Assembly (NCBI GenBank): GCA_017541275.1
Contig: JAFXZM010000004.1
Coordinates: 16,832-80,831, forward strand
Source of the DNA: Oscillospiraceae bacterium
GTDB taxonomy: Bacteria > Bacillota > Clostridia > Oscillospirales > Ruminococcaceae
Reading direction: 5' to 3'
Length of the DNA stretch: 64,000 bases
The notes beneath the pieces are model-generated. The model was not told where the DNA came from. It saw nothing but the letters and a program-made list of their open reading frames with translations, and searched no databases. Position 1 is the stretch's first letter. The number at the start of each line of letters is the position of its first letter. This document shows positions 1-9,952 of this stretch, in pieces. A program made the translations under genes and the position numbers.

Positions 1-524
1 GCGCCGAGCGCGTGCAGACGCGGCTGAAGTGCCCGGCTGACCCGTCCCGCACCGAGAATCAGGCAGGGCAGACCGTGCAGAACGACCGGCAGCTCCTGCA
101 TCGCAATCTGAATCGCTCCCTCGGCAGTCGGCACGGCATTGCGAATCGCAAAGGTTTCCGCAGCGGCATAGTCCGCAGCACGGAGCCCTGCCGATTCAAT
201 CTGTCTGCGCTCTGCGGGACTGATCCGCCCGCCGAATACGGTTCCGCCCGGCTTCACAAGCGGAAGCAGCGCAGAGAGCGAGACCGTGCTGCTTCCGAAC
301 GGCGTATGCAGAAACACGCCGTCCTGTGTCGCCGGCATCGGCAGCAGCAGCGCATCAAGCTGCTCCGGGAGCTGCACGCTGTCCGCAGCCGTAACTGTCT
401 CCGGCAGTGCACCGAAGCGGTCGAAGCCGATGACGGTCACACTGTAATCCTCCGAGAGCCGCTTTGCAGCGGTGAGCTGCCGCAGGTCACCGCCCGCAAC
501 AAGCAGACGTTTTGTATTTGTCAT
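1..524 (-). CDS. dpaA: dipicolinate synthase subunit A (DpaA/SpoVFA), N-terminal part; the 3' end runs off the window
   Basis: Absent from the ORF track because there is no stop in the window. Manual minus-strand translation from the ATG at 524-522 gives MTNTKRLLVAGGDLRQLTAAKRLSEDYSVTVIGFDRFGALPETV... AAAGGAG lies 9 nt upstream. The GGDxRQL N-terminus followed by VIGFD matches my memory of B. subtilis SpoVFA. Confidence 0.7.
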   Translation of the reverse strand, partial: MTNTKRLLVAGGDLRQLTAAKRLSEDYSVTVIGFDRFGALPETVTAADSVQLPEQLDALLLPMPATQDGVFLHTPFGSSTVSLSALLPLVKPGGTVFGGRISPAERRQIESAGLRAADYAAAETFAIRNAVPTAEGAIQIAMQELPVVLHGLPCLILGAGRVSRALQPRLHALG

Positions 525-611
525 GAGCAATCACTCCTTTGAATATGGATCTCCGGAATCCGGATTGCTCTATGATATGCGAATTTTGCCGAATCCGTGC
601 GGGAATCCGCC

Positions 612-1460
612 TCAGACAGCCGTACAGAGCCGCACGAACGGCAGTCCCGCCTGTTTCAGCGCATCCGCAAGCTGCTCCGCCTGTGCGCGGTCACGGCATC
701 CGCCGAATACCGCCGCGCCGCTGCCGGAAAGCACCGGATTCACGCCGTATGCCCGCATGATCTGCCGGATGCTCTGTACCTCCGGCAGATCGGTCACGGC
801 ATCAAAGGCATTCCCGCAGGCTGCAAACAGTGTCTCCGCATCGCCGGAAAGCGCGGCAAGCACATTGTCGGTCGCAGGTGCGGGCTGCTCCGTCAGCGCA
901 TCGAGCCGGCGATAGCCCTCCGGCGTCGAAACACCCTCCCTGCCCTTGGCAATGACCAGAATATGCTTCGGAATCGGCGCAAGCGGCGTCAGAAGCTCGC
1001 CGATGCCCTCGCAGAGCACCGTTCCGCCGGTCAGAAAAAACGGCACATCCGCGCCGAGTCCCGCCGCAGCCGCATGCAAGGCTGCGTCCGTGACCGGAAG
1101 CCCGCAGAGCTGCCGGATGCCCTTCAGTGCAGCGGCACAGTCCGAGCTGCCGCCGCCGAGCCCAGCCTGTGAGGGAATCTCCTTTTCCAGATGCATCGCA
1201 ATGCCGCGGGGATGCTCTCCGAGCAGCTTCACTGCCGCCTTCCATACCAGATTCCGCGCATCGCAGGGAACAGCCGGATCATTGCAGGTCAGCGTCAGCG
1301 GCCTGTCCGGCTCTGTTTTCGTAATTGTCAGCGTATCATAAATGCCGACCGTCTGAAAGACGCTCCGAAGCGTGTGGTAGCCGTCCGGGCGCTTTCCGGT
1401 CATATCCAGCGAAAGATTGATCTTCGCCGGCGCTTTCATCACAAGTGTTTCCGCCATCAT
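612..1460 (-). CDS. ispE: 4-diphosphocytidyl-2-C-methyl-D-erythritol kinase
   Basis: 282-aa ORF. N-terminus is APAKINLSLDMTGKRPDGYH. GHMP-kinase glycine motif PSQAGLGGGSSDCAA. AAAGGAAG RBS upstream. Confidence 0.9.
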   Translation of the reverse strand: MMAETLVMKAPAKINLSLDMTGKRPDGYHTLRSVFQTVGIYDTLTITKTEPDRPLTLTCNDPAVPCDARNLVWKAAVKLLGEHPRGIAMHLEKEIPSQAGLGGGSSDCAAALKGIRQLCGLPVTDAALHAAAAGLGADVPFFLTGGTVLCEGIGELLTPLAPIPKHILVIAKGREGVSTPEGYRRLDALTEQPAPATDNVLAALSGDAETLFAACGNAFDAVTDLPEVQSIRQIMRAYGVNPVLSGSGAAVFGGCRDRAQAEQLADALKQAGLPFVRLCTAV

Positions 1461-1513
1461 TCAGCTTCGCTTCCTTTCCGCGCAGCAATGCGCGTTTATT
1501 TCAGTTATCCGCA

Positions 1514-1552
1514 TATAAAAACAAGGGAGTACCCGCAAGGTGCGGATACTCC
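1514..1552 (-). terminator. rho-independent terminator downstream of rpmB
   Basis: Minus strand reads GGAGTATCCGCA-CCT-TGCGGGTACTCC (one mismatch), followed by CTTGTTTTTAT. Confidence 0.55.
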
Positions 1553-1599
1553 TGATTGTTTTCATTGAATTCGCCGTTTTCCGGTTTGCTGCTTTGTCA

Positions 1600-1791
1600 T
1601 CAGCCGTTTGCGCGCTGCACCTTACCGGAGCGCAGGCATCTGGAGCAAACATAGATGTGGCAGGGAGAACCCTTCACAATGGCTTTCACACGCTGGACAT
1701 TGGGCTTCCATGTACGGTTGGTACGACGGTGAGAGTGAGAAACCTTGATACCAAATGTAACGCCCTTGCCGCAGACTTCACATTTTGCCAT
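1600..1791 (-). CDS. rpmB: 50S ribosomal protein L28
   Basis: Internal start of the 85-aa track [38 protein letters not shown] is the canonical L28 sequence. 63 aa. Confidence 0.95.
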   Translation of the reverse strand: MAKCEVCGKGVTFGIKVSHSHRRTNRTWKPNVQRVKAIVKGSPCHIYVCSRCLRSGKVQRANG

Positions 1792-1996
1792 AGCTGGCAC
1801 CTCCTTTACAGACTTATCTACGGTACCTATTGTACCAGAAATCCGGAAAAAAAGCAAGTGTTTTTTGCAGATTTATAAAAATTTATCAGATTTCACAGAA
1901 AAACGCCCGCGCACATCCGCAAAATACGGTATTCCGGATACGCCCGCGCACGCTGTGCCGTATAATTCCGCAGCGCTGGGAAATCCTATCCTTATC

Positions 1997-2458
1997 ATGA
2001 AAACTGAGGTGATATCCGTGATTCTGCTTGGAATTCTGGCGGCCGTGCTTTCGGGAGCGCTGATGAGCATACAGGGTGTCTGCAATACCGGCGCGTCCAA
2101 GGCAGCCGGGCTCTGGACGACCGGCGCATTTGTCTCGCTGACTGCTGCGGCGGTCTGCCTCTGCGTCAGGCTGTTTGCCGGCCGCGGCGAGGGCGGCTTC
2201 TCTGCGCTTGCGGACATTCAGCCGCGGTATCTGCTGCTGGGCGGGCTGTTCGGCGCATTCATCACCGGCACGGTCGTGCTCAGCATCTCACGCCTCGGCA
2301 CCGCCCGCGCAGAGCTCATCATCGTTGTCGCACAGCTCATCGCCGCATACTGCATCTCCGTATTCGGCTGGCTGCATTCCGAGGCCGAGCCGTTTGCCTG
2401 GCGCAGGCTTCTCGCGCTCTGCGTCACGCTCGCCGGCGTGATCTGGTATGGCCTCTGA
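1997..2458 (+). CDS. DMT-superfamily small membrane protein (DUF606/YdcZ-like)
   Basis: Internal ATG (MKTEVISVILLGILAAV...) of the 237-aa track ORF. The upstream part of that ORF is antisense to rpmB. About 153 aa, five hydrophobic segments. Confidence 0.55.
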   Translation: MKTEVISVILLGILAAVLSGALMSIQGVCNTGASKAAGLWTTGAFVSLTAAAVCLCVRLFAGRGEGGFSALADIQPRYLLLGGLFGAFITGTVVLSISRLGTARAELIIVVAQLIAAYCISVFGWLHSEAEPFAWRRLLALCVTLAGVIWYGL

Positions 2459-2595
2459 ACATAATCTATACAAAATAAAAGCGGTTCCGCCTGCGATATT
2501 CTGCACGCCGAAGCGTTGACAACTGCTTTTTGTCTGTGCTATAATTATACTGTATAAATAGATCAGTCAGCACAAACAGAAAGGAAGTCATTATC

Positions 2596-3849
2596 ATGGC
2601 AAAACAGCTCGCTGCCAACTGTACCTGCGGTGCGGCTTATAATGAAAAAGGCATCTGCACAGCCTGCGGAAAGCGCCGTCCCAGATCGGGCGGATACCGT
2701 TTCCTGCACGGTCTGCTCTGTGTTCTCGGCACGCTCCTGCTCGTGTTCAGCCTCCACGGCACGCTGATCCGGCATGATCTGAAGCAGGACAACGCTGTCC
2801 CGGAGGGAATGCGTGCCTCACGCATTTCCGATATGCAGATTCCCTTCCGCGGAACCGTTGCCGGCGTCATCAAAAAAGATCAGACCAATGACCCCAATAT
2901 CCGGGAATCCGATATTGCCGAGGCGATTGACGCGATCGGCATTCCGCAGATTCTTGCGGACAAGACCGAACAGTATTACGCGATCCTGCGCGGCGACTCC
3001 GATGAGCCGCTGACGATCAGCGCCGACGAAATCGTGAAGCCGCTGGAGGATAACCGCGAGGCACTGCATCAGAAATGTCACCTCATCATCGAGGACTCCG
3101 ATCTTCAGAAGGTGCGCGATGCCTTCGGCAGTGACGGCACTGTTTCCGCCTACACCAACGGCTTTTCCAGATTCTGGGCGAGATTCTTCTCCGGCCTCTG
3201 GGGCGTTGCCTTTGAGCTGGTGCTGCTCGGTCTGCTGCTCTGGCGCTGGACGGTCATCAAGCGGAACGGCGGAAAGCCCCGCATTCAGGCACTCAAGGCA
3301 ATGGGCAAAACGATTCTGATTCCGATGCTTGTGCTGCTCGGCGTGTTCCTGGCTGCCGTCATCAGCCGCCTGTTCATCAAGGGCGATTACACCGGCTTAA
3401 AGCCGTTCCTGAAGGCTGTCCGTCCGGCCGTTTGGATCAACACCGGCATGCTCGCATCTGCTGGTCTGCTCATGCTGATGCTCGGCAAATATCTTCAGGT
3501 TCGTGCCGAGGTGAAGGGCAATGCATCTCCGGCGGCGGCCGCACAGGCTGCCCTGCCCGCCGCGCCTGCTGCCCCGGTGCCCGAACCTGCCCCTGCTCCT
3601 GCTCCGGAAAAAACACCGATGCCGGTTCCGGTTCCCGCACCCGCACCGATTCCGGCAGCGCCCGCCGCGCCTGCTCAGCCCGCACAGCCTGACGCCGCGC
3701 AGAGCGATGTCTGCATTGCCTGCGGACAGCCGCTGACCGGCAAAAAGAAATTCTGCATCTACTGCGGAACCAATCAGGTGACGGGAAAGAACGCGATCGA
3801 CGAAGCGCTGGAGCTGCCCGACCCGGTGAATCCGGACGGAAAGCAGTAA
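2596..3849 (+). CDS. membrane protein with N- and C-terminal zinc ribbons and a Pro/Ala-rich linker
   Basis: AAAGGAAG RBS. CTCG..x11..CTACG near the N-terminus. CIACG..x10..CIYCG near the C-terminus. Several TM segments. PAAPAAPVPEPAPAPAPEKTPMPVPVPAPAPIPAAPAAPAQPAQP tract. Confidence 0.6.
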   Translation: MAKQLAANCTCGAAYNEKGICTACGKRRPRSGGYRFLHGLLCVLGTLLLVFSLHGTLIRHDLKQDNAVPEGMRASRISDMQIPFRGTVAGVIKKDQTNDPNIRESDIAEAIDAIGIPQILADKTEQYYAILRGDSDEPLTISADEIVKPLEDNREALHQKCHLIIEDSDLQKVRDAFGSDGTVSAYTNGFSRFWARFFSGLWGVAFELVLLGLLLWRWTVIKRNGGKPRIQALKAMGKTILIPMLVLLGVFLAAVISRLFIKGDYTGLKPFLKAVRPAVWINTGMLASAGLLMLMLGKYLQVRAEVKGNASPAAAAQAALPAAPAAPVPEPAPAPAPEKTPMPVPVPAPAPIPAAPAAPAQPAQPDAAQSDVCIACGQPLTGKKKFCIYCGTNQVTGKNAIDEALELPDPVNPDGKQ

Positions 3850-3904
3850 AAACGCCGCATCCATAAGAAATAACAGGATACAACAGAAAAGAGGCACAAA
3901 ATAA

Positions 3905-5056
3905 ATGTCAGACCACGAAGCAGAACCGATCAAGCCCCCAAAAAAGCGCGGCGCATCCGTTTTCAATGCGCTCTATCCGCCGCTGCTTGCTGCGGTGCTC
4001 GGCGGTGCGATGTTTCTTGTCGGGAGCACGGTGCTTCCGCACATCACGCGGACGCCGCAGCGCGCCGTGAGCCTTGAGCCGGCTGCATCACAGCCCGCAC
4101 CTGCGGCAAGTGTACCGGATATCACCGCCGAAGCGGCGGCCGAAACCACTGTGACACAGACGGAAACAACAGCGCTTCCCGCAGCGGAATTCGATGAATC
4201 GCTCGTATATGCGAAAAATGCCCTGCTGCTGAAGCTGACCGACGCCGGGTTCGTCACGCTCTATGACCGCGGCGCCGATGAACAGATCTATCCTGCGTCC
4301 ATGACGAAAATCATGACGCTGATTACCTTTCTCGACCTCGTTCCGGGTGACAAGCTCAATGAAACCATTACCATGGACGGAAACGTCATCGCCTCACAGC
4401 AGGCTAAATATGCCTATGTTGCCGGCTTTCAGCCGGGAGAGCCCTGCGTCATCCGCGACCTCATCATGGCCATGATGATGCCCTCCGGCGCAGATGCGGC
4501 CGTCATGCTCGCAACCTATGCCGCAGGCGATGAGGCGTCCTTTGTCGCGAAGATGAACGAAAAGGCACAGGCCATGGGACTGACCAAAACGCATTTCGTC
4601 AACTGCACCGGGCTCCATGAGGACGCCCATACCAGCAGCGTCCGCGATATCGCGGTGATCCTGAACGAAGCACTCAAGGACCCGTTCTGCAAGGCGGCAA
4701 TGTCCACGCTGAAGCACACAACCGCTCCGACCGAGCAGCACCCAAACGGCATCGAGCTTGTCAGCACAACGCTCTCCCGGCAGACCGGTACGGAGCTCGA
4801 AAATCTGCCTGTTCCGCTGCATCTCGTCGGCGGAAAAACCGGCTTTACGAACCCCGCCGGACAGTGCCTCGCTACATGGGCACAGGATACCGCCGGCAAT
4901 ACCTATATCTGTATCGTTGCGGGCAGCACAACCAATGAGCCGCTCAATGCAATGGGCGATGTCCTGACGATCTATCAGCTTACATCCGCGCCGGCCGGTT
5001 CGGTGCAGCGCATTCAGCCCAATGCCGCAGACCTGCCCGATTACGTTCACCACTGA
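3905..5056 (+). CDS. D-alanyl-D-alanine carboxypeptidase (peptidase S11)
   Basis: N-terminal TM segment. SMTK (SxxK) and GKTGFT (KTG) active-site motifs. Layout typical of a low-molecular-weight PBP. Confidence 0.8.
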   Translation: MSDHEAEPIKPPKKRGASVFNALYPPLLAAVLGGAMFLVGSTVLPHITRTPQRAVSLEPAASQPAPAASVPDITAEAAAETTVTQTETTALPAAEFDESLVYAKNALLLKLTDAGFVTLYDRGADEQIYPASMTKIMTLITFLDLVPGDKLNETITMDGNVIASQQAKYAYVAGFQPGEPCVIRDLIMAMMMPSGADAAVMLATYAAGDEASFVAKMNEKAQAMGLTKTHFVNCTGLHEDAHTSSVRDIAVILNEALKDPFCKAAMSTLKHTTAPTEQHPNGIELVSTTLSRQTGTELENLPVPLHLVGGKTGFTNPAGQCLATWAQDTAGNTYICIVAGSTTNEPLNAMGDVLTIYQLTSAPAGSVQRIQPNAADLPDYVHH

Positions 5057-5095
5057 CCGTGCAGCCGCAGGAATATCATAAGGAGGACAGCCGCC

Positions 5096-7192
5096 ATGAA
5101 AGCTGTCATCACGACCGCAAAATCCGCAGGCTTCTGCTTCGGCGTAGACCGCGCCGTCAAGCTCGTCTATCAGGCGCTCAGCGAGGGAAAGCGCGTTGCA
5201 ACCCTCGGCCCGATTGTCCACAATGACGCTGTCGTCAGCGACCTGAACGCCAAAGGCGCCCGCATCATCAATGACCCCGCAGAGCTTCTGCCCGGCGAAA
5301 CACTCATCATCCGCGCACACGGCGTCCCGAAATCCGTCTATGCACAGTGTGCGGAAACCGGTAATCCCGTCATCGACGCGACCTGCCCCTTCGTTGCGCG
5401 CATCCATAAGATCGTCGGAGAGCAGTGCGCACAGGGCAGACATGTGTTCATCGCAGGCGACCCCAAACACCCGGAGGTGCAGGGTATTGTCGGGCACTGT
5501 AATGAAAATTGTACAGTTTTTCAGAATCAAAGCGAGCTGAAATGCTTAATTGATAGAAGATTGCCAAAAGGGGTTGCAATCGTCGCGCAAACAACGTATA
5601 ATAAAATATTATGGGGGGATTGTATGACGCTTTTGCCTCCCGATGATCCCGATTTACAGGTGTTCGATACCATTTGCAGCGCCACTGCCGCGCGGCAGTC
5701 GGACGCGGATGCGCTCTCACGCACATCCGATCTGATGATCGTCGCCGGCGGACGGCACAGCTCCAATACCGTCAAGCTCTATGATGTCTGCAAGCGACAC
5801 TGCCCCGTGTGGCTCATAGAAAATGCGGCCGAGCTCGCTGCATGCGCCGGAGAAATCCGTGAAGCTGCAAAAGCAGTCCTTGCGGAAAAAGGCGAGGATC
5901 ATATCCTGAATATCGGAATCACGGCAGGAGCCAGTACACCCGCCCACATCATTAAGGAGGTTCAAACCAATATGTCTGGAATTTTTGACACCGATACCAT
6001 TATCCCGGAAAGCGAGGAGTTCGCTGCGGCATTCGAGGAGGAGCTTGATAAGACCTTCACGAAAAAAATCAGAAAGGGTGACCGGGTGGTCGGCATCGTC
6101 GCTTCCATCAGCGGAAACAACGAAGTCATGGTTGATGTCGGTGCCAAGCAGACCGGCTATATTACCCTCTCCGAGCTGACCAGCGATACCTCGAAGAAGC
6201 CCTCTGACATTGTCAAGGTCGGCGATGAGCTCGAGCTCGTCGTCATCCAGGTCAACGACGCAGAAGGCACCGTGCAGCTCTCAAAGCGCAGAGTCGATGA
6301 GATGGTCGGCTTTGAGAATATCCTCAAGGCGCATGAGTCCAATGAGGTGCTTGAGGGTACTGTACTGAGCGTCGTCAAGGGCGGCCTCGTCGCAGACTGC
6401 AACGGCGTCCATGTCTTTATCCCCGCTTCGCAGTCGGGTCTCGGCAGAGGCGCAGACCTGAATGTTCTGCTGAAGCAGCCGGTTCGCTTCGTCATCATCG
6501 ACGTCAACGAGCAGCGCCGCAGAGCTGTCGGCTCCATCCGTCAGGTACAGAAGGCAGAGCGTGATGCCGCAAAGACCAAGTTCTGGGAAACTGCAAAGGT
6601 CGGCGATGTTTACACCGGCGAGGTCAAGTCCCTCACCAGCTATGGCGCATTTGTCGATCTGGGCGGCATTGACGGCATGGTGCATGTCTCCGAGCTGAGC
6701 TGGAGCCGCATCCATCAGCCGAGCGACGTTGTCGCTGTCGGCGATACGCTGGAGGTCTACATCAAGGCTCTGAATCCGGAAACCGGCAGAATTTCGCTGG
6801 GCCACAGAAGAGCAGAGGACAATCCGTGGGTGAAGTTCACGAACGAGTATGCAGTCGGCGATGTCGTTGACGCACAGGTCGTTTCCGTGACTGCATTCGG
6901 CGCTTTTGCACGCATCACCGACGGCATCGACGGTCTGATTCATATTTCGCAGCTCTCCGATGAGCGCGTCACCAACGTGAAGGACGTTGTCAACGTCGGC
7001 GATACCGTAACCGTCAAGATCACGGCAATCGATACCGAGAAGAAGCGCATCAGCCTGTCCATGCGTGCCGTCAATGACGAGGACGCAGCAGATGAGGCCG
7101 AGGAAACCGATGAGGTCGTGTACTCCGATGAGGCTCCTGCCGCTGAGGCTGAAGCCCCCGCTGAGGAAGCCGAGACCGCTGCTGAGGAATAA
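5096..7192 (+). CDS. ispH: bifunctional 4-hydroxy-3-methylbut-2-enyl diphosphate reductase / 30S ribosomal protein S1
   Basis: AAGGAGG RBS. The N-terminal ~280 aa are IspH/LytB-like (GFCFGVDRAV, DATCPFV, HSSNT). The C-terminal half has four S1 OB-fold repeats (GxV.....GafVdlgg.dGl.H.S). Confidence 0.9.
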   Translation: MKAVITTAKSAGFCFGVDRAVKLVYQALSEGKRVATLGPIVHNDAVVSDLNAKGARIINDPAELLPGETLIIRAHGVPKSVYAQCAETGNPVIDATCPFVARIHKIVGEQCAQGRHVFIAGDPKHPEVQGIVGHCNENCTVFQNQSELKCLIDRRLPKGVAIVAQTTYNKILWGDCMTLLPPDDPDLQVFDTICSATAARQSDADALSRTSDLMIVAGGRHSSNTVKLYDVCKRHCPVWLIENAAELAACAGEIREAAKAVLAEKGEDHILNIGITAGASTPAHIIKEVQTNMSGIFDTDTIIPESEEFAAAFEEELDKTFTKKIRKGDRVVGIVASISGNNEVMVDVGAKQTGYITLSELTSDTSKKPSDIVKVGDELELVVIQVNDAEGTVQLSKRRVDEMVGFENILKAHESNEVLEGTVLSVVKGGLVADCNGVHVFIPASQSGLGRGADLNVLLKQPVRFVIIDVNEQRRRAVGSIRQVQKAERDAAKTKFWETAKVGDVYTGEVKSLTSYGAFVDLGGIDGMVHVSELSWSRIHQPSDVVAVGDTLEVYIKALNPETGRISLGHRRAEDNPWVKFTNEYAVGDVVDAQVVSVTAFGAFARITDGIDGLIHISQLSDERVTNVKDVVNVGDTVTVKITAIDTEKKRISLSMRAVNDEDAADEAEETDEVVYSDEAPAAEAEAPAEEAETAAEE

Positions 7193-7232
7193 TCCGCAGA
7201 AATGAATGATCTGAGTCCGGCTCAGATTGGAA

Positions 7233-7270
7233 AAAGAGGACGGAGCAGATTCGTCCTCTTTTTTATTTTT
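7233..7270 (+). terminator. rho-independent terminator after ispH-S1
   Basis: GAGGACG-9 nt-CGTCCTC followed by TTTTTTATTTTT. Confidence 0.8.
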
Positions 7271-7373
7271 GGCCGAAATCCGGTTTTTTCCGCCGAAATC
7301 GGCGGTTGACAGCCGCGCCGGAATATGGTACAATAATCTTATCAAACCAATTCACAGAAAGGGGCGTCACAGC

Positions 7374-8048
7374 GTGAAGCAGTTTGCAAAATATATCATT
7401 GCCGTCGCCGCTGCCGGCACGGTCACACTCTCGATCGTCCTCTTTAATATGCTGAGTATGCTCCCGGCGTTCGTCCGTGTGCTGATTATCGCTGCCATAT
7501 GCGGCTCCGTAATGTTCGGCTCGTACTGCTTCCTGAAGGCGCAGGACGATTCCGCACAAAGCAACGATAAAAAAACCGAACGGATGATTGCCGCTTTTCA
7601 GGAGCGCCTGCGCATCAGCCGCAGAGACAGACTGCCCTTTGCGCCGGAGCTGGAGGCGGGCATCCGGCAGCTCAATACCCTCCGCCAAAAGCAGAATGCA
7701 CTTCAGGATCTGCTGAAGGATACCGAGGACAGCCCGTTCCAGTCTGTCGGAAATGACGTCAATACCTATATTCTGACGAACTGCAAGCATATTCTCAGCC
7801 GCGTCATCATCTACGGGCCGAGCAATCCTGCGGAGCTCGCAATCCATAAAAACAGCCTTCAGGAAATGATCGACGACAATACAAAGGTTCTGACTGATTT
7901 TGAGCATCTGCTAGTCGAGATTTCCCAGATCGGCGATGATATCACCGCTGAAACACCCTGCCTCAATGAGCTGACACAGGCTTTGCGGAGCGTCCGCGGA
8001 AATGCCGCCGATGATGACTGGCAGCAGCCGATGCAGATGCAGATGTAA
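7374..8048 (+). CDS. hypothetical membrane protein (two N-terminal TM helices plus helical tail; possibly XpaC-like)
   Basis: GTG start chosen downstream of the terminator that sits inside the 273-aa track ORF. GAAAGGGG lies upstream. The product name is a weak guess. Confidence 0.45.
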   Translation: MKQFAKYIIAVAAAGTVTLSIVLFNMLSMLPAFVRVLIIAAICGSVMFGSYCFLKAQDDSAQSNDKKTERMIAAFQERLRISRRDRLPFAPELEAGIRQLNTLRQKQNALQDLLKDTEDSPFQSVGNDVNTYILTNCKHILSRVIIYGPSNPAELAIHKNSLQEMIDDNTKVLTDFEHLLVEISQIGDDITAETPCLNELTQALRSVRGNAADDDWQQPMQMQM

Positions 8049-8101
8049 CCCGTGCAGCCCTCATTCCAATATCCACACAACCGATACGAAAGGAGCGTCA
8101 A

Positions 8102-9811
8102 ATGGCCAACAAGAAAAATGCAGGCTTTCTCGCAGTCGTCGCCGTCCTCATGGTCGGCGGCATCGCCGGCGGCATTCTGCTCAGCAGAGGCAGCAGCGAA
8201 GAAAAGGATGACCCCAATGCACATTACTCCTATGAGGAGGCGGAAAAACAGCTCGACAAAAAGCTGAAGAACATCAAGGTCACTACGGTCTCTCCGCGCA
8301 AGGCGACCATCGAAATCGCCGGCAATAACCTCGCGGAGGAGCTGCCCGATATCAGCAAATATCCGCTGAGCGTCACGGGCAGAGGCTCAATTAACCTCGA
8401 AATCTTCTCCTCGACCGAAAAATCCTCCTCCGGCACCGACGGCTGGCTCAATGAAATCGCCGAGGACTTCAACCGCTCCGGCTATACCGTGGACGGCAAA
8501 TCGGCCTCCGTTTCCGTCCGGCCGATCGCATCCGGTGCTGCAATCGACTATATCATCTCCGGCAAGTACATTCCGGAGCTGTATACGCCCTCCAATGAGC
8601 TCTGGGGCGAAATGGTCGCCTCGCAGGGCGTCAAAACAACTATGCTCAAAGACCGCATCGCGGGCAATACCGCCGGCATCCTCGTCAGCAGAGATACCTA
8701 CAAGAAGCTGGAGGACAAATACGGCAAGGTCGATATCAGCACAATCGTCACGGCTACCGTCGAGAGCGAAATCGCAATGGGCTACACAAACCCCTATGCC
8801 TCCTCAACCGGCCTCAACTTCCTCGTCAGCGCACTGGAGGAATTCGATTCTAACGATATCCTCAGCAAGAGCGCAACGCAGCAGTTCCAGAGCTTCCAGA
8901 AGAATGTTCCGTTTGTCGCATATACCACGCTTCAGATGCGCGATGCAGCCAAGAACGGCGTGCTCGATGCGTTCATCATGGAGTATCAGGGCTATTACAA
9001 TGCCACGGAGCTGCGCGATTATGAGTTTATCCCGTTCGGCGTGCGGCATGACAGCCCGATGTATGCACTGGGCAGCCTCAGCAGCGAGGAGACCGAGGTC
9101 GCAAAGGCCTTCACAGACTTCTGCCTTACCGCAGAAAGCCAGAAAAAGGCAAAGCAGTACGGCTTCAATTATCTCGATGACTACAAGAGCGAAAGCTGGA
9201 ATCTGACGGGCAATCAGCTCGAAAGCGCACAGAAGCTCTGGAAGACCGAAAAGGACTCCGGCAGCCCGGTCATGGCCGTGTTCGTCGCGGATGTCTCCGG
9301 CAGTATGGGCGGCGCACCGCTCCAGAACCTGCAAAACTCCCTCATCAATGCTTCGCAGTATATCAACGCAACAAATTACATCGGCCTTGTGAGCTACAGC
9401 AGCGATGTTTCCATCAATCTGCCCATCGGCAAGTTTGACATCAACCAGCGCAGCTACTTCACCGGCGCCGTGCAGGATCTCTCCGCAAGCGGCAATACCT
9501 GCACCTATGACGCGGTGCTTGTCGGCCTCGATATGCTGCGCGAGGAGCAGAAAAAGGTCGAGGAGGAAACCGGCCAGAAGGTCAAGCCGCTGCTCTTTGT
9601 GCTCAGCGACGGCCAGACAAATGAGGGCAACAGCCTGAACAACATTAAGCCGATCGTCGAAGGCATGCAGATTCCCTGCTATTCAATCTGCTATAATGAG
9701 ACACTCGGCGAGCTGGAAACCCTTTCGGGCATCAATGAGGCGGCCTGCATCAAGGCAGACACCGATACCGTTGTCTACAACCTCAAGAGCCTGTTCAATG
9801 CCCAGATGTAA
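8102..9811 (+). CDS. membrane-anchored protein with a solute-binding-like domain and a C-terminal von Willebrand factor A domain
   Basis: AAAGGAG RBS. N-terminal TM segment. vWA MIDAS motif VFVADVSGSMGG and later FVLSDGQTNEG. Confidence 0.75.
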   Translation: MANKKNAGFLAVVAVLMVGGIAGGILLSRGSSEEKDDPNAHYSYEEAEKQLDKKLKNIKVTTVSPRKATIEIAGNNLAEELPDISKYPLSVTGRGSINLEIFSSTEKSSSGTDGWLNEIAEDFNRSGYTVDGKSASVSVRPIASGAAIDYIISGKYIPELYTPSNELWGEMVASQGVKTTMLKDRIAGNTAGILVSRDTYKKLEDKYGKVDISTIVTATVESEIAMGYTNPYASSTGLNFLVSALEEFDSNDILSKSATQQFQSFQKNVPFVAYTTLQMRDAAKNGVLDAFIMEYQGYYNATELRDYEFIPFGVRHDSPMYALGSLSSEETEVAKAFTDFCLTAESQKKAKQYGFNYLDDYKSESWNLTGNQLESAQKLWKTEKDSGSPVMAVFVADVSGSMGGAPLQNLQNSLINASQYINATNYIGLVSYSSDVSINLPIGKFDINQRSYFTGAVQDLSASGNTCTYDAVLVGLDMLREEQKKVEEETGQKVKPLLFVLSDGQTNEGNSLNNIKPIVEGMQIPCYSICYNETLGELETLSGINEAACIKADTDTVVYNLKSLFNAQM

Positions 9812-9860
9812 ACGCGGAGCCCACGCAGGCAATTCCGCTTTCCGTATCCCGAATACACAT

Positions 9861-9889
9861 GACAAGAGGTGCGTGCTGCGCCTCTTGTC
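9861..9889 (+). terminator. possible terminator hairpin after the vWA gene
   Basis: GACAAGAGG-11 nt-CCTCTTGTC. The downstream T tract is weak. Confidence 0.35.
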
Positions 9890-9952
9890 TGCTTGTCAAC
9901 AAAGTCTCTTTTCTTATATACAATCTGATAAAAGAGACATGAGATAAAAAAT

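Noticed and set aside
1745-1996. N-terminal extension of the 1745-2458 ORF
   Set aside because: The extension is antisense to rpmB and to its promoter region. The hydrophobic protein begins at the internal ATG at 1997.
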